Assembly: GCA_017507215.1 (NCBI GenBank)
Contig: JAFWBI010000004.1
Location: 19,617 to 83,616, forward strand
DNA length: 64,000 nt
Source: Clostridia bacterium
GTDB taxonomy: Bacteria > Bacillota > Clostridia > Christensenellales > UBA1242
Direction: 5' to 3'
The stretch's first letter is position 1. The number at the start of each line of letters is the position of its first letter. The notes beneath the pieces were generated by a model. It did not search any database. It saw nothing but the letters and a program-made list of their open reading frames with translations, and was not told where the DNA came from. Below are positions 8,304 to 18,900 of the stretch, in pieces. The position numbers and the translations under genes were made by a program.

Positions 8304-11300
8304 ATGAAAAAAAGTGCCGTAATTAATAAAATTAAGGAATATCACATCATCAAGAAGATTTTGAATGATGCTGGTATCAAAAAATTGCCAGTAGACTCTA
8401 AAGTTGCTCATTTTATTGCAGCTTTTACTGCGCACGTAAAATATTTTGGTTCAATTAAAATTGGGGCTCATGAAACATTTGATGAATTGTTTGCAAGATT
8501 AGAAGGATCATATCTTTCATCTGATGCGTCTCATAAAAAGATTGATCCAGAACAAGCTGGTTATGAACACTATATTGAAGATGTTCTTGGAGCAACTGTT
8601 CTTGATTCAGTTGGTGCAACACTTGAACAACCTGAAAATAAAGAAAAAATGAGAGCGTTCACACTTGAGGTTGGTAGAAAACAAACAACAACAGCACTTG
8701 TTGTTGCTAACTCTGTTAGAGATTATGCAGCTCTTGCAATAGTGATGGAAGAACTTGCAAGAGTGTCTGGTTCAGATGCTTCAAAACAAATCCAACTTGA
8801 AAGAATTGCTGGTCTTTTAGATATGTCTGAAAAGAAAAATGTGACAATGGAACAAATTCGTGCCGTTGCTGGACATATGGAGGCTAGAATTATTGCAAAA
8901 ATTGTTGCAGCGGCTCCAAAAAGCGATGAGGATTTCATCAAAGGTATTGCAATTTTAACTGGAAGAAAAGTTAATGAAATTAAAACTTTAGTTCAAAGTC
9001 AACATGGAGAAATTTTAAATGCTATTGGTGAAATTAAAACACCAATTACTGGAATGGCTGTTGACCTTGGAACTGTTAAAACAGATGTTGCACACATCAA
9101 AGGAAAAGTTGATGCTATGGCATCAGATATTGATGAAATTAAGAAAAATACAGCTGGTTTAGGTAAAAAGAAGACAGCTCTTGCTGTTACTGCAGGTGCT
9201 GCAGGAATGGCTGCACTTCTTGTTGGTGGACACTTCCTTGGCAGCGCAATCTATAATGCTGTTACTCCTGATAAATTAACAGAAACTGAACTTTTAACAG
9301 ACTACATGAGTTTGGTGAATGTGATTAATGGTCTTCAAGTTGATGGCATTTCAGACGCTGAAAAACAAAACTTTGTTGATGTTGACCTTAATGCTTTTGT
9401 TGAAAAATATAAAGGTACAAATCTTGAAGCTAAGAGCTTAGAATGTAGAGATGCTTTGCTTGCTAATATTAATGGAACAATGGAAATTGGTGGTCAAGTT
9501 GGTTTGATTACTGGATATTTCCAAGACACAGCTGCTCTTGACGCAACATTAAACACATTGATTCAAAGCAATGGTGCATTAGATGCAAATGAAAGAGATG
9601 GATTCATTTCTGGAGATGTTGCAGCATTCACAGCAAAATATGCTGGAACAGCTCTTGAAACAGCAAGTAAAACTGATGCAGCTGGATTTACAGCTTATGC
9701 AAACGCAGCTTATGAACTTGGTGCATCTAACTATGATGCAATCAAAGCACTTGCTGATGGATATAGCATTGATGTTAAATCACTTATTGTTGAACTTGAT
9801 AGACTCACAGATGATGCTGACGGTTTAACTCAAGCAGATAAAGATGCTTTTGTTGGTTCAGCAAGTGACCCAAATGCAGTTTCTGTTTATAACTTCACAC
9901 AAAAATATGCTGGAACAGCATTTGAATCAGCAAGCCAAGGACAAGGCACTGAACTTTCAGCGCTTGCTGAAACACTTAGAATTTTGACTCAATCAGGCGT
10001 TGATTTATCAAATGTTAATGCTGATTTGATTGCTTATGGAAACGACGTTGCAAAACTTAACGTTGACCTTAGCAACTTGATTAATGATGCTGATGGTTTA
10101 ACTCAAGCAGAAAGCGATAACTTCTTTGCAAACGATGTTGCAGCATTCACGGCAAAATATGCTGGAACAGCACTTGAGGGTGCAAGCAAAAACCAAGAAA
10201 CTGGTCTTACATCTATTGCAACTGCAGCTCTTGGTCATGCTCAACTTTCAGCTGACAACGCTTTGCTTTCTGAATATCACTTAGACGTTCAAAATCTTAA
10301 CACTACACTTAGTGGTTTGATTTCAAATGATGGCGTTTTAGATGCTACTGAACTTGCAGCATTTATTGGTTCAGCAAGTGACCCAAATGCAATTTCAGTT
10401 TATAACTTCGTTGAAGAATATAAAGGAACATCTCTTGAAGCTGCTAGTGCTGCTCAAGCAGGTGGTTTCACAACAACTGCTAACAGCACATATGAACTTG
10501 GACAAACACAACAACTTATGGCTGACTACAATTCAGATTTAGCAAGTCTTGATTCGGCATTATATGGCTATCTTGCAGATGCTTCTTATGAAGCTGCAGA
10601 AAAAACTGAATTTGAAGGTCTTGTTCAAGACTTCTTAGATAAATACGCTTCAACAACTCTTAAAGCTAGAAGTGAAATTGACGCTGATGTTATGAAGACA
10701 TTGTCAACAAGAATCAGTGAAATGAGCGAACTTAAGCAACAAGTTATCAGTGAACTTGCGACTGAAAAGGGCAAGGTTGCTGACCTTAATAATCAAATTG
10801 TAGCACTTAGAAGTGAAAATGATACACTTGCAGCAACCAATAAAGATTATGCTGACAGAATCACAGCTCTTGAAGCTCAAGTTAAAGAATTGAGTGGCAA
10901 AATTGATGAACTTATGAACAAGATTGCAAATGCTCCAACAGATGCACAAGTTCAAGCACTTCTTGCACAAATTGGAGAACTTGAAGCACAAATTACTGAT
11001 TTGAACAATCAAGTTTCTTCACTTAAAGGTCAAGTTTCAACTCTTACAACAGAAAATGCTGAACTTAAAGCTAAGAATGAAGAACTTACAACAGAAGTTT
11101 CTAACCTTAAAACAGAAAATGCTGGACTTAAAGCTGACCTTGATGCAGCAAATGCAACAATTGATTCACTCAATCAAGTTGTTGATATTTTGAAAACTGA
11201 AAAGGCTAGTCTTGAAGAACAACTTAAAAACAAAGATATTACAATTGCTGAATACGAAGCAAGAATTGCAGAACTTGAAGCTATTGAAACAGAGCTTAGA

Positions 11301-11783
11301 GCACAAATTCAAGATTTAACAGAACAAATTGCTGAGATTGCTGAAGAACTTGAAGAAAAGAAAGATGCTTATAATAAACTTGTTGAAGAACTTGAAGCAG
11401 CAAAAGCAAGAATTGCAGAACTTGAAGCTGAAAAGAAAGCTCTTGAAGAAGACCTTAAGAACAACTATATTTCAAAAGCTGACTATGATGCAAAGGTTGC
11501 AGAACTTAATGCAGAAATTGAAGCAAATAAGGCACTTATTGCTGAAAATGCTGAACTTCAAAGACAACTTACAGAAGCTAGAGCTCAAATTGTTGCTCTT
11601 GAAGAACAACTTGCAGGTTCATCTGTTGAAGCAACAAATCTTGTGTTTGACATTTATGAATATATCACTGGAACAAAAACAAATGATATTGCAACTGCGA
11701 TGAAGGTTATTTCTGAACAACTCGGAATTACAACAGTTCCACCTTCACAAGATGCTGAATCAAATGTTAAACAACCATCTTAA
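8304..11783 (+). CDS. large membrane-spanning repeat plus coiled-coil protein
   Basis: ATG at 8304 with RBS AAAGGGAGAGAG (track ORF starts at 8256). About 300-aa N-terminal domain, one TM helix (TALAVTAGAAGMAALLVGGHFLGSAIY, about 9176-9255), about six 70-75-aa repeats, then about 310 aa of heptad-rich Ala/Glu/Leu/Lys coiled coil. Confidence 0.7.
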   Translation: MKKSAVINKIKEYHIIKKILNDAGIKKLPVDSKVAHFIAAFTAHVKYFGSIKIGAHETFDELFARLEGSYLSSDASHKKIDPEQAGYEHYIEDVLGATVLDSVGATLEQPENKEKMRAFTLEVGRKQTTTALVVANSVRDYAALAIVMEELARVSGSDASKQIQLERIAGLLDMSEKKNVTMEQIRAVAGHMEARIIAKIVAAAPKSDEDFIKGIAILTGRKVNEIKTLVQSQHGEILNAIGEIKTPITGMAVDLGTVKTDVAHIKGKVDAMASDIDEIKKNTAGLGKKKTALAVTAGAAGMAALLVGGHFLGSAIYNAVTPDKLTETELLTDYMSLVNVINGLQVDGISDAEKQNFVDVDLNAFVEKYKGTNLEAKSLECRDALLANINGTMEIGGQVGLITGYFQDTAALDATLNTLIQSNGALDANERDGFISGDVAAFTAKYAGTALETASKTDAAGFTAYANAAYELGASNYDAIKALADGYSIDVKSLIVELDRLTDDADGLTQADKDAFVGSASDPNAVSVYNFTQKYAGTAFESASQGQGTELSALAETLRILTQSGVDLSNVNADLIAYGNDVAKLNVDLSNLINDADGLTQAESDNFFANDVAAFTAKYAGTALEGASKNQETGLTSIATAALGHAQLSADNALLSEYHLDVQNLNTTLSGLISNDGVLDATELAAFIGSASDPNAISVYNFVEEYKGTSLEAASAAQAGGFTTTANSTYELGQTQQLMADYNSDLASLDSALYGYLADASYEAAEKTEFEGLVQDFLDKYASTTLKARSEIDADVMKTLSTRISEMSELKQQVISELATEKGKVADLNNQIVALRSENDTLAATNKDYADRITALEAQVKELSGKIDELMNKIANAPTDAQVQALLAQIGELEAQITDLNNQVSSLKGQVSTLTTENAELKAKNEELTTEVSNLKTENAGLKADLDAANATIDSLNQVVDILKTEKASLEEQLKNKDITIAEYEARIAELEAIETELRAQIQDLTEQIAEIAEELEEKKDAYNKLVEELEAAKARIAELEAEKKALEEDLKNNYISKADYDAKVAELNAEIEANKALIAENAELQRQLTEARAQIVALEEQLAGSSVEATNLVFDIYEYITGTKTNDIATAMKVISEQLGITTVPPSQDAESNVKQPS
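9280..10690 (+). repeat. intragenic tandem repeats (about six units of about 210-225 nt)
   Basis: Recurring peptide DADGLTQA(D/E)KD.F...(V/A)AAFTAKYAGTALE.ASK / SASDPNA(V/I)SVYNF..(K/E)Y(A/K)GT..E.AS. Near-identical DNA blocks, e.g. gatgttgcagcattcac(a/g)gcaaaatatgctggaacagc near 9613 and 10134, and ttggttcagcaagtgacccaaatgca near 9855 and 10366. Confidence 0.6.
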
Positions 11784-11811
11784 TTTACAAATAACTCTCT
11801 CATATATAAAG

Positions 11812-11842
11812 AAAATCCTATGAATTTATCATAGGATTTTTT
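11812..11842 (+). terminator. intrinsic terminator
   Basis: ATCCTATGA/TCATAGGAT stem followed by a T-run. Confidence 0.6.
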
Positions 11843-11848
11843 AGTTTC

Positions 11849-11877
11849 TTGACATAATATTTTTTTGCTAATATAAT
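11849..11877 (+). promoter_or_regulatory. consensus sigma-A promoter abutting the lgt start codon
   Basis: TTGACA (11849-11854), 17-nt spacer, TATAAT (11872-11877). The ATG at 11884 lies 7 nt after the -10 element. Confidence 0.5.
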
Positions 11878-11883
11878 AATGGT

Positions 11884-12669
11884 ATGGATAAGTTTATGAA
11901 TATGGATAAAGTGGCTTTTAGCATTAAAGGCTACGACATTTATTGGTATGGTTTAATCATTTGTGTCGCAATAATTCTTGCGATTTTTATTGCAAGTCTT
12001 TATTCAAAGAAGAAGGGTTATGGCTCTGACATGGCTCTCAATATTGCGCTTGTGGTTCTTCCAACTGGTGTTATGGGTGCAAGGCTTTTCTCGGTTATTT
12101 TTGAAGACTCTCTTCAAATGTCAGACTTTTTTGATTTTAGAACTGGTGGGCTCAGCATTGTTGGTGGAATCATTTTTGGTGCTTTGGGGCTTCTTCTTTA
12201 TTGTCTTATCAAAAGAGATAAAGACGTGTTTAAATATTTTGATGTGCTCACTGTTGTTTTGATTTTGGCACAAGCTATTGGCAGATGGGGAAATTTCTTC
12301 AATCAAGAAGTTTATGGTCATGAAATTGCATCAAATTCAATTTTTGCAATTTTTCCAATCGCTGTTGAAATTGGTGGTGTGCACTATATGGCGTTGTTCT
12401 TCTATGAGTTTTGCTTTAACTTGGTTGGTTTCTTTGTGCTTACAAATGTTTACTTTAACTCGGTTTGCAACGGATATACAACTGCGTTATATTTAGTTTA
12501 TTATGGTCTTGTTAGAACTATTTTAGAGCCACTTCGTGACACAAAATTTATCTTGATGTGGAAAGGTCTTCAAATTTCAAGACTTATGAGTTTCTTGATG
12601 ATTTTTGTGGGCATAGCACTATACATTTTTATATCAGTTAGAGTTACTAAAAAAAGGATGCGTAGATAA
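11884..12669 (+). CDS. lgt: prolipoprotein diacylglyceryl transferase
   Basis: Polytopic membrane protein with the Lgt signature AIGRWGNFFNQEVYG and the YWYGL N-terminal block. The start is ambiguous: 11884, 11899 or 11905. Confidence 0.9.
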   Translation: MDKFMNMDKVAFSIKGYDIYWYGLIICVAIILAIFIASLYSKKKGYGSDMALNIALVVLPTGVMGARLFSVIFEDSLQMSDFFDFRTGGLSIVGGIIFGALGLLLYCLIKRDKDVFKYFDVLTVVLILAQAIGRWGNFFNQEVYGHEIASNSIFAIFPIAVEIGGVHYMALFFYEFCFNLVGFFVLTNVYFNSVCNGYTTALYLVYYGLVRTILEPLRDTKFILMWKGLQISRLMSFLMIFVGIALYIFISVRVTKKRMRR

Positions 12670-13664
12670 TGGTTAAAAAGGGACAAAGTGTGAGTATTGA
12701 AGAACTCACGAAAAGTGAAATTTCTGCAGTTGAAACAAGTGATAAACTTGCAAAACTTGAAAAAGCTTCTGTTCGTGATAAAAAGATTATTGCAGAATAT
12801 AAAGAGCGTGAAAAGGCTTCGGCTAGAGCACTTGTTTTATTTGAAAGAAAACTTAAATATTTAAAAACAACAATTATTGAAGATTTGCTTAAGCTTTCTT
12901 CACTTATTGAAGATTATAAGGCTCAATATGAAGATAGATGTTCGAAAGTTTATAATTCTGAAATAAAATCAGACCTTTTGACATACAAAGACAACTATAC
13001 ATTGTTTGCTAACGAGATTTATAACATTTGCAACAAAATGGAATCTGGCGCTGCAATTTCAAAAGAAGACAGGGCATTTATTTCAAATAAAAAGGTTGAA
13101 TCTGAAAATGCAGGTGATTCAAAGTCTAGGTTTGACAGGCTTAAAGAACAATTTAATCAAAAGATTGGAACCAGTGTTATGAGAAAACCTGGCAGACCAA
13201 AGAAAGAAGACCAAAGTGTTGTTGCTGACATTGGTTTGGGCAAAAAGGTTGAAAGAAAAGTTCAAGAAACTCAAGATGTTGAAAATAAACTTAATGACTT
13301 GTTTTATAATGCGCCATCTAAAAAGAGTGTGGTTTCAAGCATTCCACAAACAAGTGACAGTGTTTTTGACTTTAATGAAGCGCTCAATCCTAATATTTCA
13401 CTTAAAGATATTATGGCAGATTTGATGGAAGATAAGGTAGATGAAGAAGTTAAAAAATATACATCTGAAGATGCTCAACAAATAACTCAAATTCATGATG
13501 CTGAACAAAGGTCTAAGATTGAACTTTTAGAGTCTGGTTTTATAAGAACACCTAGTGTGAAAAGACAAGTTCCGGCTTCTCAGCAAAAAACCATTGACCC
13601 AATCAAAGAAAAACCAACATTTGAAAAGAGATTTTTATCTATTCAAAACATAACAAAAATATAA
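12669..13664 (+). CDS. hypothetical Lys/Glu-rich, partly coiled-coil protein
   Basis: 331 aa. Start overlaps the lgt stop (ATAATG). No family motif. Confidence 0.5.
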   Translation: MVKKGQSVSIEELTKSEISAVETSDKLAKLEKASVRDKKIIAEYKEREKASARALVLFERKLKYLKTTIIEDLLKLSSLIEDYKAQYEDRCSKVYNSEIKSDLLTYKDNYTLFANEIYNICNKMESGAAISKEDRAFISNKKVESENAGDSKSRFDRLKEQFNQKIGTSVMRKPGRPKKEDQSVVADIGLGKKVERKVQETQDVENKLNDLFYNAPSKKSVVSSIPQTSDSVFDFNEALNPNISLKDIMADLMEDKVDEEVKKYTSEDAQQITQIHDAEQRSKIELLESGFIRTPSVKRQVPASQQKTIDPIKEKPTFEKRFLSIQNITKI

Positions 13665-13665
13665 T

Positions 13666-13692
13666 AAAAACCACCGTTTCGGTGGTTTTTTT
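13666..13692. terminator. bidirectional intrinsic terminator
   Basis: AAAAA-CCACCG-ttt-CGGTGG-TTTTTTT between convergent genes. Confidence 0.65.
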
Positions 13693-13696
13693 GTGT

Positions 13697-15579
<1,883 letters not shown>

Positions 15580-15707
15580 ATTTTGCTCCTTTGGTTTAAT
15601 TATATGTTTAAAGTTCAGCTTTATAACATATGCGTTTATTGTTTTTGAATTTATAATTTGAGTTTTGCATAAGTTGTAATATGCTGATTTAAGCATAGTT
15701 TAATGAT

Positions 15708-16472
15708 ATGGTGAAAAATTTGGATTTTCAATATTTCGTGACACATGGAAACATTAAAAAAAAGAAAAATATAGCTTTAAAAATAGGGGTTTTTGTTTTA
15801 GTTGTGCTGATATTTTCGGGAGTTGTGGCGCTTGGATTTTATTCAAATTTTAAGCATAAAAAAAATTTTAAACAAAGCACGTTTTATTTTGTTTGTGCGA
15901 CAAAATCTAAAAAGTATAAGAATATTGAAGCAAAGCAAGAAGATGTTAAAAAACTTGGTGGAGCCGGAAAGATTTATCAAAAAGATAAGTTTTATTATTT
16001 GGTTTTGAGTGTGTATGACGACTTTGAATCGGCAAATCAAGTTGCTGATTTAAACAAAGAGATTTATCCAGAGATTGAAGTTTTAGAAATTAAAACAGAA
16101 AAAATTGCGACAAAAGAGCAGTTTAATGTTAAAAACAATGAAAAGCTTTATCAGTTTTTTAAACTTTCGAGAAGCAGTGTGTTTGACATGATTGGTCTTG
16201 TGGTGGATAGGCTATCGGGGGATTTGTCTGAAAACAAGTTTTGCTCTTGCGTTTTGAAGAGTAAGTTTGAATTTGAAGACTGTAAGCAAAATGTTGAAAA
16301 AATTGAAGATGCCGAGCTTAAAAATCTTTTAAATTCAAACATTAGTTTAATGATTATGTATCATGACGCATTTTTGAATAGTTACTTTGACAGTGACAAA
16401 AAGAACTCGGTTGTTTGCGATTTTGTGGTTTCTTTGGTGCTGGTTTATATTGATTTTATTAATAATTTGTAG
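15708..16472 (+). CDS. membrane-anchored protein with a probable SPOR-like domain
   Basis: N-terminal TM helix (IALKIGVFVLVVLIFSGVVALGFY). FYFVCATKSKKYKNIEAKQEDVKKLGGAGKIYQKDKFYYLVLSVYDDFESANQVA fits the SPOR beta-alpha-beta-beta pattern. Confidence 0.45.
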   Translation: MVKNLDFQYFVTHGNIKKKKNIALKIGVFVLVVLIFSGVVALGFYSNFKHKKNFKQSTFYFVCATKSKKYKNIEAKQEDVKKLGGAGKIYQKDKFYYLVLSVYDDFESANQVADLNKEIYPEIEVLEIKTEKIATKEQFNVKNNEKLYQFFKLSRSSVFDMIGLVVDRLSGDLSENKFCSCVLKSKFEFEDCKQNVEKIEDAELKNLLNSNISLMIMYHDAFLNSYFDSDKKNSVVCDFVVSLVLVYIDFINNL

Positions 16473-16554
16473 AAAAGTGTTAAATTCATCATTAAAATAA
16501 TTTGTGTTTTGCATAAAATATGTTATGATTATGATACTAAGGAGAGTATGAGCT

Positions 16555-17151
16555 ATGGGATTCATGAATTGGTTAATGAAAGGCGTTGGCTTTGAAAATG
16601 AAGAAGTTTATGATGATTCTGTTGAAAAACAAAAAAAGCGCGAAGAAAAACTTGAACGTGATGCAGAAAGAAGAAGACAACGTGAAGAATATAAATCAAA
16701 AAAAGCTCAAGATAAAGCTGACAGGCTCGCAAAGAAGTATTCTTTAAAGCAACAAAAAGATGTGGCTGAAAAACCAAAGAGCACAACGACTTCTTTTGCT
16801 GATAATCCTGCACAATATAACACTTCAAGAACATATGATGCGCCAATCAATAATTATGGCATGAGTTCAAATGTTGGTGGCTATGGAACAAAAAATGTTG
16901 AATTTTTATACCCAACAAGATTTGAAGATGTTCAATTTGTTATCAATTATTTAAAAGAAGGCGAGTCGGTTGTTTTGAATTTAAATCAAATGAATGCAGA
17001 TGATTCACAAAGGCTTTTAGACTGCACAAGTGGTGCGATTTATGCACTTAATGGAAACATTAGACACGTTGACAACAATATTTTCTTGCTTACACCAGAA
17101 GGTTTTAATATTAAGACTCCAGAAGCAGGTCAAAACGGACAAAATCAATAA
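16555..17151 (+). CDS. sepF: cell division protein SepF
   Basis: C-terminal core YPTRFEDVQFVINYLKEGESVVLNLNQMNADDSQRLLDCTSGAIYALNGNI..VDNNIFLLTPEG follows a charged linker. The start could be 16564. Confidence 0.8.
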   Translation: MGFMNWLMKGVGFENEEVYDDSVEKQKKREEKLERDAERRRQREEYKSKKAQDKADRLAKKYSLKQQKDVAEKPKSTTTSFADNPAQYNTSRTYDAPINNYGMSSNVGGYGTKNVEFLYPTRFEDVQFVINYLKEGESVVLNLNQMNADDSQRLLDCTSGAIYALNGNIRHVDNNIFLLTPEGFNIKTPEAGQNGQNQ

Positions 17152-17204
17152 ATTATGTATAATTTGTCGAAATCTGTCACAACATAGTGATAGGAGCGAT
17201 TTAT

Positions 17205-17387
17205 ATGTCATTTGATAGGTTTTTTATAGGGTCTTGCTTTAGTGATGAAAAAATTGAATCATTGGAAGATTTAATCTCTGAAAAAAATAGAATTATATCG
17301 GTTCAAGAACGTGATATGGAATCACTAAAACGAGAGATTGTAGAGCTAAAAAAACAATTAAATTACTCCAAACAGAAAAAGAAGTAG
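17205..17387 (+). CDS. small coiled-coil hypothetical protein
   Basis: 60 aa from the ATG at 17205 (RBS TAGGAG). Heptad-like ESLEDLISEKNRIISVQERDMESLKREIVELKKQL. Confidence 0.35.
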   Translation: MSFDRFFIGSCFSDEKIESLEDLISEKNRIISVQERDMESLKREIVELKKQLNYSKQKKK

Positions 17388-17399
17388 CAATACTTCTTT
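17377..17399 (+). terminator. intrinsic terminator overlapping the stop codon
   Basis: AAGAAGTA-gcaa-TACTTCTT followed by TTT. Confidence 0.5.
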
Positions 17400-17501
17400 T
17401 TGTTTTGCTTGAAAAATGCTGATTTCATTTGGATTTGTGAGTTCTTTTATTGACATAAATTTCAAAAAAATATACACTTAAAGGTGTTAAAGGAGAGTTT
17501 T

Positions 17502-17981
17502 ATGTTTGAAAAATTTGTTATTGCATATGACCACAGAGTTGATTTGAAATATATTGAAAGAATTAAAAATTATCTTCAAGAAAAGGGGCTTGGATATGTT
17601 GTTGTTGATGATAATGGCGAAACCAATGATTATCCTGTTCTTGCAAGCATTGCATATGAATTATACTTAAAGACGAAAGCGAGCGGCATGATTCTTCTTT
17701 GTGGAACTGGTGTTGGCATGAATGTTGTTGCAAACAAGTTTGCAGGAATCAGGTCGGTGCTTCCAAGTGAAGAAGGTTCGGCATATTTTGCAAGAAATGA
17801 CGAAGATGCTAACTGCATTGTTTTTGCAGCTGGAAAAGCAAATGATAAATATGAAGTTAAGATTTGCAAGAGAAAGATGATTAGAATTCTTGATGTGTTT
17901 ATTTCAACGCCGTTTGAAGGTGGAAGACATGCAAGACGTGTTGAACAAATTGGAAAAATTGAAAGGGGTGAAAAGATTTAA
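17502..17981 (+). CDS. RpiB/LacA/LacB family sugar-phosphate isomerase
   Basis: IAYDHRVDLKYIE...GMILLCGTGVGMNVVANKFAGIRSV... ATG at 17502 with RBS AAAGGAGAG. Confidence 0.7.
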   Translation: MFEKFVIAYDHRVDLKYIERIKNYLQEKGLGYVVVDDNGETNDYPVLASIAYELYLKTKASGMILLCGTGVGMNVVANKFAGIRSVLPSEEGSAYFARNDEDANCIVFAAGKANDKYEVKICKRKMIRILDVFISTPFEGGRHARRVEQIGKIERGEKI

Positions 17982-18808
17982 TGGAAGAAATTGTTAAAGA
18001 AGAATCGCTACTTAATAAGAAAACTATTCTAAATTCGCTTAAAATTTTCGCTGTAACGCTCGGAATTATTATTTTTGTATTCTTTTTCGTGATTTCATCA
18101 ATCTTTGTTATTTCGCCAAAAAATGACGCCAAATTATTTAACTTTTTGGGATTTGAAAGGGCAGAAGAAGCATGTTATATCAGACAATATGAAAAAACCG
18201 GAAGCAAAGCTGATTTATATAACTTGATTTTGCTTGAAAGTGAACTTGAAAATTACGAAAAAGAACTTATGTATATCAACGAACTTGTTAGTGATAAAGA
18301 TTATGTTGAGTTTTACACGAAGCTCGACAAGTCTGCAATTAACGCTGTTGAAGACAAATCACTTATTGCATACACTTGCAACACAAATGGTTATTTAATT
18401 AACCAAAAGCTTAAATGTATGTATAAACTTGGGTTTGATGATGGTGTTTCTGCAACTGTGAGAAATTACATAAAAGCCCAAATTAATGGTGATTATTTAT
18501 TTGAAAACTCATTCGTGACATATATTGAGTTTTTAAACAGTGATGGTAGTTTAACAAAAGAAGATAAGATTAATAAAATCAATTTGGTTTATGATGATGT
18601 CGCTTTGACTCAAAGGCTTTCAAATTTAATTGATTTTATCAATTCAGATATCACACTTGAACAGGAAATTGTTGCTCAAAATTCAGTTGTTGGCATTTTG
18701 AAAGCGATTTATCTTATTGATGTAATCAATGAAGCACCTGAAGTTGCAGTGTCAAAGGGTGAATATCAAACAGCTCTTGCAGATTATAATGATTTGATTA
18801 ACGCATAA
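17981..18808 (+). CDS. hypothetical membrane-anchored protein
   Basis: 275 aa with an N-terminal TM helix (IFAVTLGIIIFVFFFVISSIFVI). Start overlaps the upstream stop (TAATG). Confidence 0.45.
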   Translation: MEEIVKEESLLNKKTILNSLKIFAVTLGIIIFVFFFVISSIFVISPKNDAKLFNFLGFERAEEACYIRQYEKTGSKADLYNLILLESELENYEKELMYINELVSDKDYVEFYTKLDKSAINAVEDKSLIAYTCNTNGYLINQKLKCMYKLGFDDGVSATVRNYIKAQINGDYLFENSFVTYIEFLNSDGSLTKEDKINKINLVYDDVALTQRLSNLIDFINSDITLEQEIVAQNSVVGILKAIYLIDVINEAPEVAVSKGEYQTALADYNDLINA

Positions 18809-18853
18809 TGTGTTATATTACACATAGCACTTGATAATTTCAGCATTTACAAC

Positions 18854-18883
18854 AAAAAAGACCACCGATTGGTGGTCTTTTTA
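18854..18883. terminator. bidirectional intrinsic terminator
   Basis: AGACCACC-gatt-GGTGGTCT flanked by an A-run and a T-run. Confidence 0.65.
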
Positions 18884-18900
18884 TATGTTTAAATTAGTGA

